From Eledone cirrhosa (lineage: Eukaryota), in the NCBI GenBank assembly GCA_964016885.1, contig OZ024747.1, forward strand, positions 90,644,001 to 90,708,000: a stretch of DNA of 64,000 bases, written 5' to 3'. A program made the translations under genes and the position numbers. Shown one piece after another: positions 13,286 to 25,600 of the stretch (positions are counted from its first letter, which is position 1; each line of letters starts with the position of its first letter). Below the pieces are notes generated by a model. The model had not been told where the DNA came from, did not search any database, and was given only the letters and a program-made list of their open reading frames with translations.

Positions 13286-13428
13286 AGTATTTCTGTAGAA
13301 AAGGTAAGGAAATAACTATTTCATCTGATGAACCAATTGGACATTGCTGTAAGGATCGTCTAGTTTCCTGAAACCTTTGGGAATGGAATAATTGTATTGC
13401 GTTGTTTATTATGTAATTATACACACAC

Positions 13429-13747
13429 ACCCTTTAAAGCAAGATTTTATAATCACAATTCGTCTTTTAAATACCAACTTAAAAGAACTAACACGACACT
13501 CTCAGAACTCATATGGTCCTTAAAAGACAAAAATATTAACTACAACATTTCTTGGAGGAAGGTTTGCAACGCCTCTCCTTACTGGAATTCTTCACTATCC
13601 AGAACATGTAATCTCTGCCTAGCCGAGAAATTTACCATTATCTCTAATTTTAATTTTATAATAAATAAGCGTACGGATTTATTTTCGCTCTGCTTGCATA
13701 AATCCCATAGAACTTTCCATAAAGTATACAGCTATCTTACTACCTAA
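13429..13747 (+). pseudogene. Penelope-like element GIY-YIG endonuclease C-terminal fragment
   Basis: FKARFYNHNSSF..TTLSELIWSLKD..ISW..ASPY..CNLCLAEK..INKRTDLFSLCLH matches the PLE endonuclease pattern FKxRxxxH..TxLS..W..CxLCLxEK..NKRxE..CxH. Confidence 0.85.
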
Positions 13748-14704
13748 TTAATTTAAAATCTTTTCTCAAACGCTTTTATATCCTTTACAAATATAGCCAT
13801 CTTTCTACCTTATTTCAGTATATTATATTATACAATTTACTCATTCTATGTCGTTAGCGGTCCCCTATTTTTCTTCTTTTTTATCCTTTTTTCTTTTTTA
13901 ATTTCTAATTTTTAATCTGTAACTTCTACTTCTCAATTACTTCTTAATTCATATTATAACTCACTATAGCATTTTCCTTATATTCTTGGCCATACACATT
14001 TTTATTTTTAATATATACTAATATTACCATTAGCAAATTTTGTAAACATATTTTTTTTGACGTTATATATTTTTTCTTCCTTAAATTTTCTTCTTTCCGT
14101 GCTCGTATTAAACCTATTATTTACTTTTTCCTATTACAATACATAGAAAAAAACTTGGACCCTAACTAATTCCTCTAAGTTCATAATTCAATTAACCTTT
14201 TCTTCATTCACCTTATCTCCTTAATATTTTTTTATTTTAATAATACATATTAATAAATTCCTTTTCGCACATATTATTAAACCCTTCAATATATAAACCT
14301 TAAATAAATACTATTCTTAATTCCTTTTTCTTTAATCATAAACATCACCATTCATAAACCTCATTAACTTTTAATTTCTAAATTTTTTAAAATTATGTAT
14401 TATCTTACGATTTTTTTAAATTTCTCTGTGTGAGACAGTGTTTCTCAGTATTAAAGGTTATCTCTCTCTCTTACTCATTTCTCCTCCTCTTTCATCCTTC
14501 CTTCTTATACCCCTCCTCCGTCATCCTTTCCTTATTATATATATATATATTTTTTTTTTATTATTATTTTCTTTCTTCCTCTTCCTTACCTTTTCCTTCC
14601 TTCTTTTTTTCCCCATCTCATATATCCCTCTTATTTTATTTTTCATATGTTGATTTAACACTTCACTGCTCGCAAGTGTTTTTAAGCTTCATATCATATC
14701 TCCC

Positions 14705-15568
14705 TATTTTATCTGATGAGAACGCAAATATCATCCCTGATTCCGTCAGGGAAATGGCCATGTTCGATATGCAGAAAAGGAACTGGCATAAATTCTATAA
14801 AATGCACACAATGCAGATCCTGGCTACACAAGAGATGTAGCGGGATAGCAGGCAAACTAACAGGTAGGGTGAAATATGTATGCAGTAGATGTACAGGGAA
14901 ATTAGACAGTAGAAGTCGCACTCATAGACACATTTTTCAAATGCAAAAGGGCGCTATAGAAGTGGTGGATAGCTTCCGGTACCTAGGAGATCAGATTAGC
15001 ATGGGAGGAGGGTGTTCCGAGGCCATAGTATCTAGAATAAGGACGGGTTGGAAGAAGTTTAGGGAGCTGCTTTCTCTGTTGACGAAGAAGGGTTTCTCCC
15101 TGCGTACGAAAGGCCGGTTGTATGATGCCTGTGTGAGGAGCGCGATGCTGCATGGTAGTGAGACATGGGCAGCAACTGCAGAGGATATGCGACGGCTGGA
15201 GAGAAATGAGGCAAGCATGCTCCATTGGATATGCAGTGTAAATGTGCGTGAATGACCCAGCATAAATGTGTTGAGAGAGAAACTGTGTCTGAGAGGGATA
15301 GAATGTAGTGTACGGGAGAGGAGACTGAGGTGGTATGGACATGTGATGTGCATGGAGGATGACCGATGGGTGAAGAAGTGCCAGGAATTGCCAGTTGAAG
15401 GAAGACGTGGTAGAGGTAGACCACGAAAAACATGGGCGGAGGTGGTGAGAACAGACCTCAGATCATTGAAGCTCACGGTGGAGATGACGAGGGACCGTGA
15501 CGAGTGGAGAGATGCTGTGCTGAATAAGACCCGTCCCACCCTTGCAAGCAGGGAAAGGCGGACGTAAA

Positions 15569-15606
<38 letters not shown>

Positions 15607-15636
15607 ATTTGTTTTTGAAATGCGCATAATAAAATA
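14705..15636 (+). ncRNA. type I hammerhead ribozyme split in loop II by RTE insertion
   Basis: TATTTTAT-CTGATGA-GAACGCAAATATCATC [RTE] GATGATATTTGTTTTT-GAAA-TGCGCA-TA-ATAAAATA; stem I 8 bp, stem II ~15 bp, palindromic stem III ATGCGCAT. Confidence 0.75.
14737..15606 (+). mobile_element. RTE-clade LINE, 5'-truncated (family 1), with (GAT)n tail
   Basis: EVVDSFRYLG, CVRSAMLHGSETW, RLRWYGHV, GRRGRGRPRKTW motifs; in-frame stop at 15255. Confidence 0.92.
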
Positions 15637-15742
15637 CATGGAACTCTTTTAACCATCTTTTGATCTTATATTATATATATCATCATCATCATCATCATCA
15701 CCGTTTTACGTCCGTTCTTCCACGCTAGCATGGGTTAGACGG

Positions 15743-15776
<34 letters not shown>

Positions 15777-16699
15777 TATACACACATATACATATATATA
15801 CATATACATACATATACATATCATCATCATCACCGTTTAACTGATCCCAGTAATTTACTGGTACTTTAGTTCATCGACCCAGGAACGATCTTCATCATAA
15901 ATATTAAAATCAGTTTTTTACATTGGTACAAGGTTACACAAGGTTACATAGCTATGGAAAGATGTAAGCAATTCAGTAGTTACCACCATTGTACCCCTCA
16001 TAGCTATTCTATCAATGTTCCTGAAAGAAAAATTCAAAGCCAGCAAGCTTTGAACAGAGAACACAGAGATATATATACTGTGTACTATAAAGGACCTACC
16101 TAACCTGACGCTCTACTGATTCTTAGCGTTGAACCTTTGTTACAGGCAAAATCTATACTACTAAATAAATATGAACACAGTATAACAAATTCACAAGTTA
16201 GTGAGACTGACACATATGAATAGTACAAAAAGATTTGGGGTAAGTTTTATCGAGATATTAACCTTTCAAAACTGTTATCTATTAGCATACACATTATATA
16301 TCATCATTTATATGTTGTTGTTTTTAAAACTTAAACAGGTAATATAGTAGTTAGGTTAGAGCTAGTAGAAGTTGGTCCTTTAATGATAATTATTGCACAT
16401 AGGTAAAACTAGCTAACACGCCTTTTTATTAATATAGAAATATTTAAGTACATGTATTGGTATTTAATCTTTGCTGCTATTTACTTATTTTATCAAAGCT
16501 CAGATTGCATATAATTACAAGCCCATCCCAGTACTTATTTTATTGATTACAAAAGGCTACTTATATATTTATTACAACATAATTGCAGCTAATCATTATG
16601 TTGACCCTGTCCACCCTGTCCACAAGATGAAAATATAGATCGATCCTGACAAAACTAGAACGTTAAACATTCAGTCTTTGATTAAGATACTGTCCAGTT

Positions 16700-16926
16700 T
16701 TAATCCTTTAGCATTTACATTGCTCTATATTTACTATTATATTTTCACAATAAAGGCTTTATCTCACATAAATCTTACATAATATTGAATCTATGAAATT
16801 TTGATATTATTTATTTTAAGAATAATACCGTAACATCAGTTTGAGTGGCTAGTTGCAGCCAGTTTGAACAGAAAGAGGTGAGAGAATTCTGGCCAGATAC
16901 AGCCAGTTTAAATGCTAAAAGGTTAA
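16700..16926 (+). mobile_element. piggyBac-type MITE family B (~220 bp)
   Basis: TTAA flanks, TIR CCTTTAGCATTTA/TAAATGCTAAAAGG. Confidence 0.8.
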
Positions 16927-17149
16927 ACATGTACTGGAATAATATTTTAGAATTTTCTTAGATTAATAAAGAAAATAAGTGAAAGACAATTTGACAGAAA
17001 CAAGAGATAAAGTGAGGATGAAGACATTATTTCCAGCAAAAATCAGTTACATGGCAATGAGGGAAAAACAATGTGACCTCTATTGATTGCATAATGTAAT
17101 ACAAAAAAACATATTCATTCTTATGAATTGTTGCACAATATACCAACAA

Positions 17150-17343
17150 TAATAATTGTTTCTACTTTTGGCACAAGGCCAGCCATTACCCCAGTGCATT
17201 ACTGGTACTTTATTTTATCGACCCCGTAAGGATGAAAGGCAAAGTCAACCTTGGCGGGATTTGAACTCAGATCGTAAAGGGACGTAACTAAGCTGGAAAG
17301 CATGGTGTCTGACACTCTACCGATACTGCCAATCCACTGCCCT
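17150..17343 (-). mobile_element. tRNA-derived SINE, Meta-domain-like
   Basis: Full copy; flanked by direct repeat around CCAACAATAATAAT. Confidence 0.9.
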
Positions 17344-17451
17344 TCCAACAATAATAATGTACCAACAATAATAATGAAATGTTATGGTATGTTTAAAAAA
17401 ATGTTCTAATTTAAATAAGCTTATATACTGCTCAAAACATTATATATATAC

Positions 17452-17642
17452 AGGGCGGTGGATTGGCAGTATCGGTAGAGGGTCGGACGCCATGCTTCCC
17501 AGCATAGTTACGTCCCTTTACGGACTGAGTTCAAATCCCGCCGAGGTTAACTTTGCCTTTCATCCTTACGGGGTCGATAAAATAAAGTACCAGTAATACA
17601 CTGGGATAATTTCTGGCCTTGCGCCAAAAGTAGAAACAATTA
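17452..17642 (+). mobile_element. tRNA-derived SINE, Meta-domain-like (young, full copy)
   Basis: A box TGGCAGTATCGGTAG, B box GAGTTCAAATCCC, core GCCTTTCATCCTTACGGGGTCGATAAAATAAAGTACCAG, AAT tail. Confidence 0.9.
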
Positions 17643-18030
17643 TATATATACAGAGAGAGAGAGAGAGAGAGAGAGAAGAGGAATAGATGTGAGTAAAGCA
17701 GAGTAACGACCCTTATCTGTAACTGTCCTGTTCAACGTGAAGCCACATTGGCAAGACATTCTTGAAAGGTATATGCACGCACACACACACATATATATAT
17801 ATATACACACACGCACATATATATACATAGACAACTAAGAAGGTGTAATATAAATCAAGGTGCAATCAATCACTCTTCTTAAATTGTAAAGTAGATAACT
17901 TGACATAATATTCAATTTAAGTATATTTCATGCGATCTAACAGAATTATGGTGTATTCCTTTTGATACAAAGATGCCTGGAATTTCTAGCTTTATGATAC
18001 AAAACTGTATACTTTGAATATAATTTTGTA

Positions 18031-18310
18031 CAGTGTAACCTCGATTCATGAACTTAATTCGTTCCTGAAGGTTGTTTGTCACCCAAAATGTTTGTAAGCC
18101 GAAACTATTTTCCCCATACAAAATGTTGAGAGAGAGAGACTGTGTGAAAGACAGGTAGATATCACTATAGTAACTAACTACACAGCAAGTAACACTTTTC
18201 TGCCGATATGCCAAGCTTGTTGCCAGCGTGTGTGTTTGTTACTTGAGACATGGTTCATAAACTGAGACGTTTTATGTTCAGAAAAATTGTTCATGACCGA
18301 GGTCTTACTA
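18031..18310. mobile_element. Tigger/pogo-like MITE
   Basis: TA|CAGTGTAACCTCGATTCATGAAC ... GTTCATGACCGAGGTCTTACTA|TA. Confidence 0.65.
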
Positions 18311-18389
18311 TATTTGCATAATTTTATGTAAAGAACTTTTGTAAAGTTATGGTAAAAATACAAGCTTAATAATGAGAGAATTAGTTATA

Positions 18390-18639
18390 CAGGGTGAGCA
18401 TAAAGTCTTTGAAACCTCAAAACACACTGAGCTTGTTGTTTCATAGATTCCATTTTGTTACTGAAAATTACAACTACTTCCTGTAGAAGAGAAAATGTAA
18501 AACATATTCAGAAAAACTTTAAACTTGAAATTTATAAATTAAAACAATGATAAGGTGGAAGATGGGCATTAAACGATGATGATGATGATATCCTAGATAT
18601 AGTATTTTATAATCAAGGAAAGCTTTTGTGCTCACCCTA
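18390..18639. mobile_element. Tc1/mariner MITE
   Basis: TA|CAGGGTGAGCATAAAG ... CTTTTGTGCTCACCCTA|TA. Confidence 0.7.
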
Positions 18640-19484
18640 TATTACGAAATCCCTCCAATTCTTATTGATTTTCAAAATTGTTTGAAAACCATTAACATTG
18701 TATTTCATGAGAAATATGTTAACAAAAGGTTTAATAGTTGTTTACAATTTTCAGCATAAACCCAGATTGAAAGAGAGCTTCAGAGGCAGTTGTAGTTTTA
18801 TCCACTGTAGAACTGTCTGTACCAAATCCCATTACTTTAGCTATTGAGATAATGGTAAGTAATTCTTTGTAAGAATTAAGATTATGAGCCAGCATATAGA
18901 CATTTAAGCCAGCATATGAGCCAGTATATAGACATTTAATTCACTTGGTTTCAACAAGTGAAGTCTGGTTACTTGTTCAAGAGTACCTATAGGTAAGTTT
19001 TATTTTCTTCTACTACTTTTGGAAGATTGAGCAATTACCTTCATTTGTAGCTCAGTTGAAGAGTTTAACTTCATGTCATCAAATTACTAGAGTTGAATCA
19101 GTGATATAATATCCACAAAGTCAGTAACAAGTTCATAGAAGAAAATGAAATAAAACTATTAAAACATACACTGGCTTCAGATCTTCAGTCATTATCTAAA
19201 TAGATTAAGTATTTTGATATAACAAACTTCGCTTCTCATAAAGATTACAATCATTAAAAGGAAAAAAAATTCCTCAGAGTTTAAGCAAGAATTTCATAGC
19301 ATTTTCAGTAGTGAAAGATAAAAGGGTAGAAACATTGGATAGAAAGATTTAAGAGAACGCATAGATGACTTTCATAAAATTTAAAAGGATGAAATATTTC
19401 AACTCGTGAACAAAACAGGATATATTTCTGTCTTAATGGGGTACAATAAAATTTGGACTGTTGCCTAATAGATTGTCCAATAAT

Positions 19485-20044
19485 TTAACCCTACTGAAAC
19501 TAAACTATATAAAACTTCCCCTGGTTCTAAGACACAATAATGTTTATATTTATCCCAAAACCTTTCATTATTTCTTTATGTAAGAACCTTTAAGTTTGTC
19601 TCCAAACTCCAGGTAAATAATTGAGAAAATAAATTGTATTAGTAATGTCCTCTATATTCTTGATCATGTTCAAAATTATTTTAAAATCATAGGCCTCTTC
19701 TTCATTCACTTATTCCTGAGAGGGTCATGGGTGGGGGCAGAGTCCTCAAACACTCCTTCCAGCAGGTCCTGTCAGAAGCAACCATCTCCAACTGATTCAG
19801 CTGAATCCCCAAGCGAAACCAGCCAAGCTCATGGATGTTATCCAACCATCTTGCTCGGGGTCTACCCCTGGGTCTCCTACCTGTTGGTTTCACCCATCAA
19901 ATCTGACCAGCAAATCTTTCCTGAGACATTCTAACCATATGCCCAAAGTATCGGAGCTGTGATCTCTCAATTCAGAGAAGTAGCGGCTCTACCTGGAGTC
20001 ATAGGCAATATCTTTTATTAGAAATATAGTAACAAAAGGGTTAA
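19485..20044 (-). mobile_element. TTAA-MITE family A interrupted by RTE family 2 3' fragment (19696-20005)
   Basis: TTAACCC ... GGGTTAA ends; inner ORF KPTGRRPRGRPRARWLDNI..ASDRTCW is an RTE C-terminus. Confidence 0.7.
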
Positions 20045-20553
20045 AATATTCAACATGATTATAGCCAAGATGGAGTAATCGTATCATTTCTTATAGTGTA
20101 ATAAATCAAGTACTGGAAATGTTCTAGGATAAATGTTCAAGTCTAGATTGTATAGGGACCAATGTTTAGCTTGTAAATTAAAAAACATATATGCTACACT
20201 AGAATGTTTCTCCTGCTGCAAACAGAATTAAATTGTCAGATCAGGTTTTGAAGAAATTAGGAGACAATAATTCCTATCATGACAAAAAGTTGAGTTTATG
20301 TTGAGGATTAGATGTTTGATGTAAAAAACCATGAAACTGATCAATAATAAAAAAAAAGTTAAGATAATAGATATTTTAGTGTTAGAATATAAGAAATTGA
20401 AACTATTAAAATCTAAGATATAAGAATGGAATGTAGCAAACAAGAAGTTAGAGAAGTTGTTAGTTAAAAGAGCTACAGTAAACTCAGCTGTAACAATGGA
20501 GATTATAAAAATATTAGTAATCATTAGTGTGTGTGTGTGTGTGTATATATATA

Positions 20554-21468
20554 TCTATATATATAAAACTGTGGTTGTCTGTCTGTCTATCGATTTTTGG
20601 CACACATCTCCTCTTAGAATCTCTCACGGAATTGCACCGAAATTGCTATACTTGTACATTGAGCCCTAGCGAAGACTTAAGAAAAAAAAAAATTTCAAAT
20701 TCACCCACCCTATGTGACGAAATCGAATATAATGTATCGATTTTTGAGCGTAAGTTATCAGTTATTTCCCTTTGTTCTGTTTACATTGAGCGTCTTACGT
20801 AAAAAATTACGCTGGCTTTAACAGTTGTCGAGCCAGCAAAATATTGACCTGCAAAATTCATCAGTTCGAACACTAAGCTTCCGTTTTGCTTCATTTCCAT
20901 TTAAAAGCATTTTAAAACAATATTTTTACTTGAAAACAAGTCTATTTAAAGACTACGTAAAACAAGCAAATATTTCGTCGTTAGGCGTGCAGACAGACAG
21001 TCGTGCAGAGAGGTGATATACGCGTGCAGACAGACAGTCGTGCAGAGAGGTGATATAGGCGTGCAGACAGACAGTCGTGCAGAGAGGTGATATAGGCGTG
21101 CAGACAGACAGTCGTGCAGAGAGACAGTCGTGCAGAGAGGTGATATAGGCGTGCAGACAGACATAACTGATAATTTGGTTACGCTAATGTTTTTCTCTGC
21201 GTTGCAGTGTTTACATTTTCGATCTTTGTTAATAAATAACCAGTGCAGTTTCTATCCCCAGCATCCTCTTTTGTTATAACATTCGGGTTATCGTTATGTT
21301 TTCTTAACTTCATAAGGCATATTGTTGGTTGAGGGAATATTAATCAAAAACACCACATGCAAGTCTGCACCGTAGACACTACAGTTTTTAAGCCAAAAAA
21401 GAAACTTAACATTGTAACTTTAACACAGCTACTGAGCGACCCCGAGCAACGCCGGGCTTTACTGCTAG
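20554..21468 (+). mobile_element. non-autonomous Helitron
   Basis: A|TCTATATATATAAAA start, GTCT microsatellite, 3' hairpin CCCGAGCAACGCCGGG then CTAG|T. Confidence 0.8.
20982..21163. repeat. 37-bp tandem repeat inside Helitron (~4.5 copies)
   Basis: GTGCAGACAGACAG at 20987, 21024, 21061, 21098. Confidence 0.9.
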
Positions 21469-21540
21469 TATATTATAAAAATAACCCAAAGAAGCCTTCA
21501 ATACATCAAAAGTCTTTATTAGCCAACAGTGTTTTCAATT

Positions 21541-21573
<33 letters not shown>

Positions 21574-21575
<2 letters not shown>

Positions 21576-22619
21576 TAAAGACATAGAATATTCGAAAATA
21601 TTCTGTATGTTTATAATAAACATTTTGAAGACCTAATCGCTATAGAATAGAATACGTCACGTATTACAATTAGATTCTCGATAAAAGCAAGGGAAGTAAT
21701 CTACGCGTTTCATTCTTGTTAGAATTCATCAGGACTACATATCCAGTGCTTTTATCGAGAATGACACAGTTAGAGACTTATAGAATACTTAGCTGTGTAC
21801 TGGAACTGGTTTGAAAGAGCGGTTGCCGGTCCGGCAGAAATTAGAAATTGGAATAAATGCTCTGAAATAGCGATATATATGTGAGTAAAGACATAGAATA
21901 TTCGAAAATATTCTGTATGTTTATAATAAACATTTTGAAGACCTAATCGCTATAGAATAGAATACGTCACGTATTACAATTAGATTCTCGATAAAAGCAA
22001 GGGAAGTAATCTACGCGTTTCATTCTTGTTAGAATTCATCAGGACTACATATCCAGTGCTTTTATCGAGAATGACACAGTTAGAGACTTATAGAATACTT
22101 AGCTGTGTACTGGAACTGGTTTGAAAGAGCGGTTGCCGGTCCGGCAGAAATTAGAAATTGGAATAAATGCTCTGAAATAGCGATATATATGTGAGTAAAG
22201 ACATAGAATATTCGAAAATATTCTGTATGTTTATAATAAACATTTTGAAGACCTAATCGCTATAGAATAGAATACGTCACGTATTACAATTAGATTCTCG
22301 ATAAAAGCAAGGGAAGTAATCTACGCGTTTCATTCTTGTTAGAATTCATCAGGACTACATATCCAGTGCTTTTATCGAGAATGACACAGTTAGAGACTTA
22401 TAGAATACTTAGCTGTGTACTGGAACTGGTTTGAAAGAGCGGTTGCCGGTCCGGCAGAAATTAGAAATTGGAATAAATGCTCTGAAATAGCGATATATAT
22501 GTGAGTAAAGACATAGAATATTCGAAAATATTCTGTATGTTTATAATAAACATTTTGAAGACCTAATCGCTATAGAATAGAATACGTCACGTATTACAAT
22601 TAGATTCTCGATAAAAGCA
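21574..22619 (-). repeat. 310-bp hammerhead-bearing tandem array, inverted left arm (~3.4 units)
   Basis: GTGAGTAAAG at 21881, 22191, 22501; reverse complement of the right arm. Confidence 0.97.
21696..21738 (-). ncRNA. minimal type I hammerhead ribozyme (also 22006-22048, 22316-22358)
   Basis: Reverse complement of the motif at 22749-22791. Confidence 0.9.
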
Positions 22620-25600
22620 TTTCAGAGCATTTATTCCAATTTCTAATTTCTGCCGGACCGGCAACCGCTCTTTCAAACCAGTTCCAGTACACAGCTAAGT
22701 ATTCTATAAGTCTCTAACTGTGTCATTCTCGATAAAAGCACTGGATATGTAGTCCTGATGAATTCTAACAAGAATGAAACGCGTAGATTACTTCCCTTGC
22801 TTTTATCGAGAATCTAATTGTAATACGTGACGTATTCTATTCTATAGCGATTAGGTCTTCAAAATGTTTATTATAAACATACAGAATATTTTCGAATATT
22901 CTATGTCTTTACTCACATATATATCGCTATTTCAGAGCATTTATTCCAATTTCTAATTTCTGCCGGACCGGCAACCGCTCTTTCAAACCAGTTCCAGTAC
23001 ACAGCTAAGTATTCTATAAGTCTCTAACTGTGTCATTCTCGATAAAAGCACTGGATATGTAGTCCTGATGAATTCTAACAAGAATGAAACGCGTAGATTA
23101 CTTCCCTTGCTTTTATCGAGAATCTAATTGTAATACGTGACGTATTCTATTCTATAGCGATTAGGTCTTCAAAATGTTTATTATAAACATACAGAATATT
23201 TTCGAATATTCTATGTCTTTACTCACATATATATCGCTATTTCAGAGCATTTATTCCAATTTCTAATTTCTGCCGGACCGGCAACCGCTCTTTCAAACCA
23301 GTTCCAGTACACAGCTAAGTATTCTATAAGTCTCTAACTGTGTCATTCTCGATAAAAGCACTGGATATGTAGTCCTGATGAATTCTAACAAGAATGAAAC
23401 GCGTAGATTACTTCCCTTGCTTTTATCGAGAATCTAATTGTAATACGTGACGTATTCTATTCTATAGCGATTAGGTCTTCAAAATGTTTATTATAAACAT
23501 ACAGAATATTTTCGAATATTCTATGTCTTTACTCACATATATATCGCTATTTCAGAGCATTTATTCCAATTTCTAATTTCTGCCGGACCGGCAACCGCTC
23601 TTTCAAACCAGTTCCAGTACACAGCTAAGTATTCTATAAGTCTCTAACTGTGTCATTCTCGATAAAAGCACTGGATATGTAGTCCTGATGAATTCTAACA
23701 AGAATGAAACGCGTAGATTACTTCCCTTGCTTTTATCGAGAATCTAATTGTAATACGTGACGTATTCTATTCTATAGCGATTAGGTCTTCAAAATGTTTA
23801 TTATAAACATACAGAATATTTTCGAATATTCTATGTCTTTACTCACATATATATCGCTATTTCAGAGCATTTATTCCAATTTCTAATTTCTGCCGGACCG
23901 GCAACCGCTCTTTCAAACCAGTTCCAGTACACAGCTAAGTATTCTATAAGTCTCTAACTGTGTCATTCTCGATAAAAGCACTGGATATGTAGTCCTGATG
24001 AATTCTAACAAGAATGAAACGCGTAGATTACTTCCCTTGCTTTTATCGAGAATCTAATTGTAATACGTGACGTATTCTATTCTATAGCGATTAGGTCTTC
24101 AAAATGTTTATTATAAACATACAGAATATTTTCGAATATTCTATGTCTTTACTCACATATATATCGCTATTTCAGAGCATTTATTCCAATTTCTAATTTC
24201 TGCCGGACCGGCAACCGCTCTTTCAAACCAGTTCCAGTACACAGCTAAGTATTCTATAAGTCTCTAACTGTGTCATTCTCGATAAAAGCACTGGATATGT
24301 AGTCCTGATGAATTCTAACAAGAATGAAACGCGTAGATTACTTCCCTTGCTTTTATCGAGAATCTAATTGTAATACGTGACGTATTCTATTCTATAGCGA
24401 TTAGGTCTTCAAAATGTTTATTATAAACATACAGAATATTTTCGAATATTCTATGTCTTTACTCACATATATATCGCTATTTCAGAGCATTTATTCCAAT
24501 TTCTAATTTCTGCCGGACCGGCAACCGCTCTTTCAAACCAGTTCCAGTACACAGCTAAGTATTCTATAAGTCTCTAACTGTGTCATTCTCGATAAAAGCA
24601 CTGGATATGTAGTCCTGATGAATTCTAACAAGAATGAAACGCGTAGATTACTTCCCTTGCTTTTATCGAGAATCTAATTGTAATACGTGACGTATTCTAT
24701 TCTATAGCGATTAGGTCTTCAAAATGTTTATTATAAACATACAGAATATTTTCGAATATTCTATGTCTTTACTCACATATATATCGCTATTTCAGAGCAT
24801 TTATTCCAATTTCTAATTTCTGCCGGACCGGCAACCGCTCTTTCAAACCAGTTCCAGTACACAGCTAAGTATTCTATAAGTCTCTAACTGTGTCATTCTC
24901 GATAAAAGCACTGGATATGTAGTCCTGATGAATTCTAACAAGAATGAAACGCGTAGATTACTTCCCTTGCTTTTATCGAGAATCTAATTGTAATACGTGA
25001 CGTATTCTATTCTATAGCGATTAGGTCTTCAAAATGTTTATTATAAACATACAGAATATTTTCGAATATTCTATGTCTTTACTCACATATATATCGCTAT
25101 TTCAGAGCATTTATTCCAATTTCTAATTTCTGCCGGACCGGCAACCGCTCTTTCAAACCAGTTCCAGTACACAGCTAAGTATTCTATAAGTCTCTAACTG
25201 TGTCATTCTCGATAAAAGCACTGGATATGTAGTCCTGATGAATTCTAACAAGAATGAAACGCGTAGATTACTTCCCTTGCTTTTATCGAGAATCTAATTG
25301 TAATACGTGACGTATTCTATTCTATAGCGATTAGGTCTTCAAAATGTTTATTATAAACATACAGAATATTTTCGAATATTCTATGTCTTTACTCACATAT
25401 ATATCGCTATTTCAGAGCATTTATTCCAATTTCTAATTTCTGCCGGACCGGCAACCGCTCTTTCAAACCAGTTCCAGTACACAGCTAAGTATTCTATAAG
25501 TCTCTAACTGTGTCATTCTCGATAAAAGCACTGGATATGTAGTCCTGATGAATTCTAACAAGAATGAAACGCGTAGATTACTTCCCTTGCTTTTATCGAG

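Larger units (their letters stand above)
13429..15672 (+). mobile_element. 5'-truncated Penelope-like element (EN fragment, T-rich 3' UTR, pLTR) interrupted by RTE
   Basis: EN ORF, ~950 bp T-rich UTR, hammerhead halves at 14705-14736 and 15601-15636; ends in a TA tract. Confidence 0.7.

Noticed and set aside
14991-15656. 221-aa minus-strand ORF (and similar at 48170-48780)
   Set aside because: Antisense shadow of the RTE coding frame
17452-17545. tRNA gene
   Set aside because: A and B boxes are present but there is no clean cloverleaf; it continues into a SINE body repeated ~20 times
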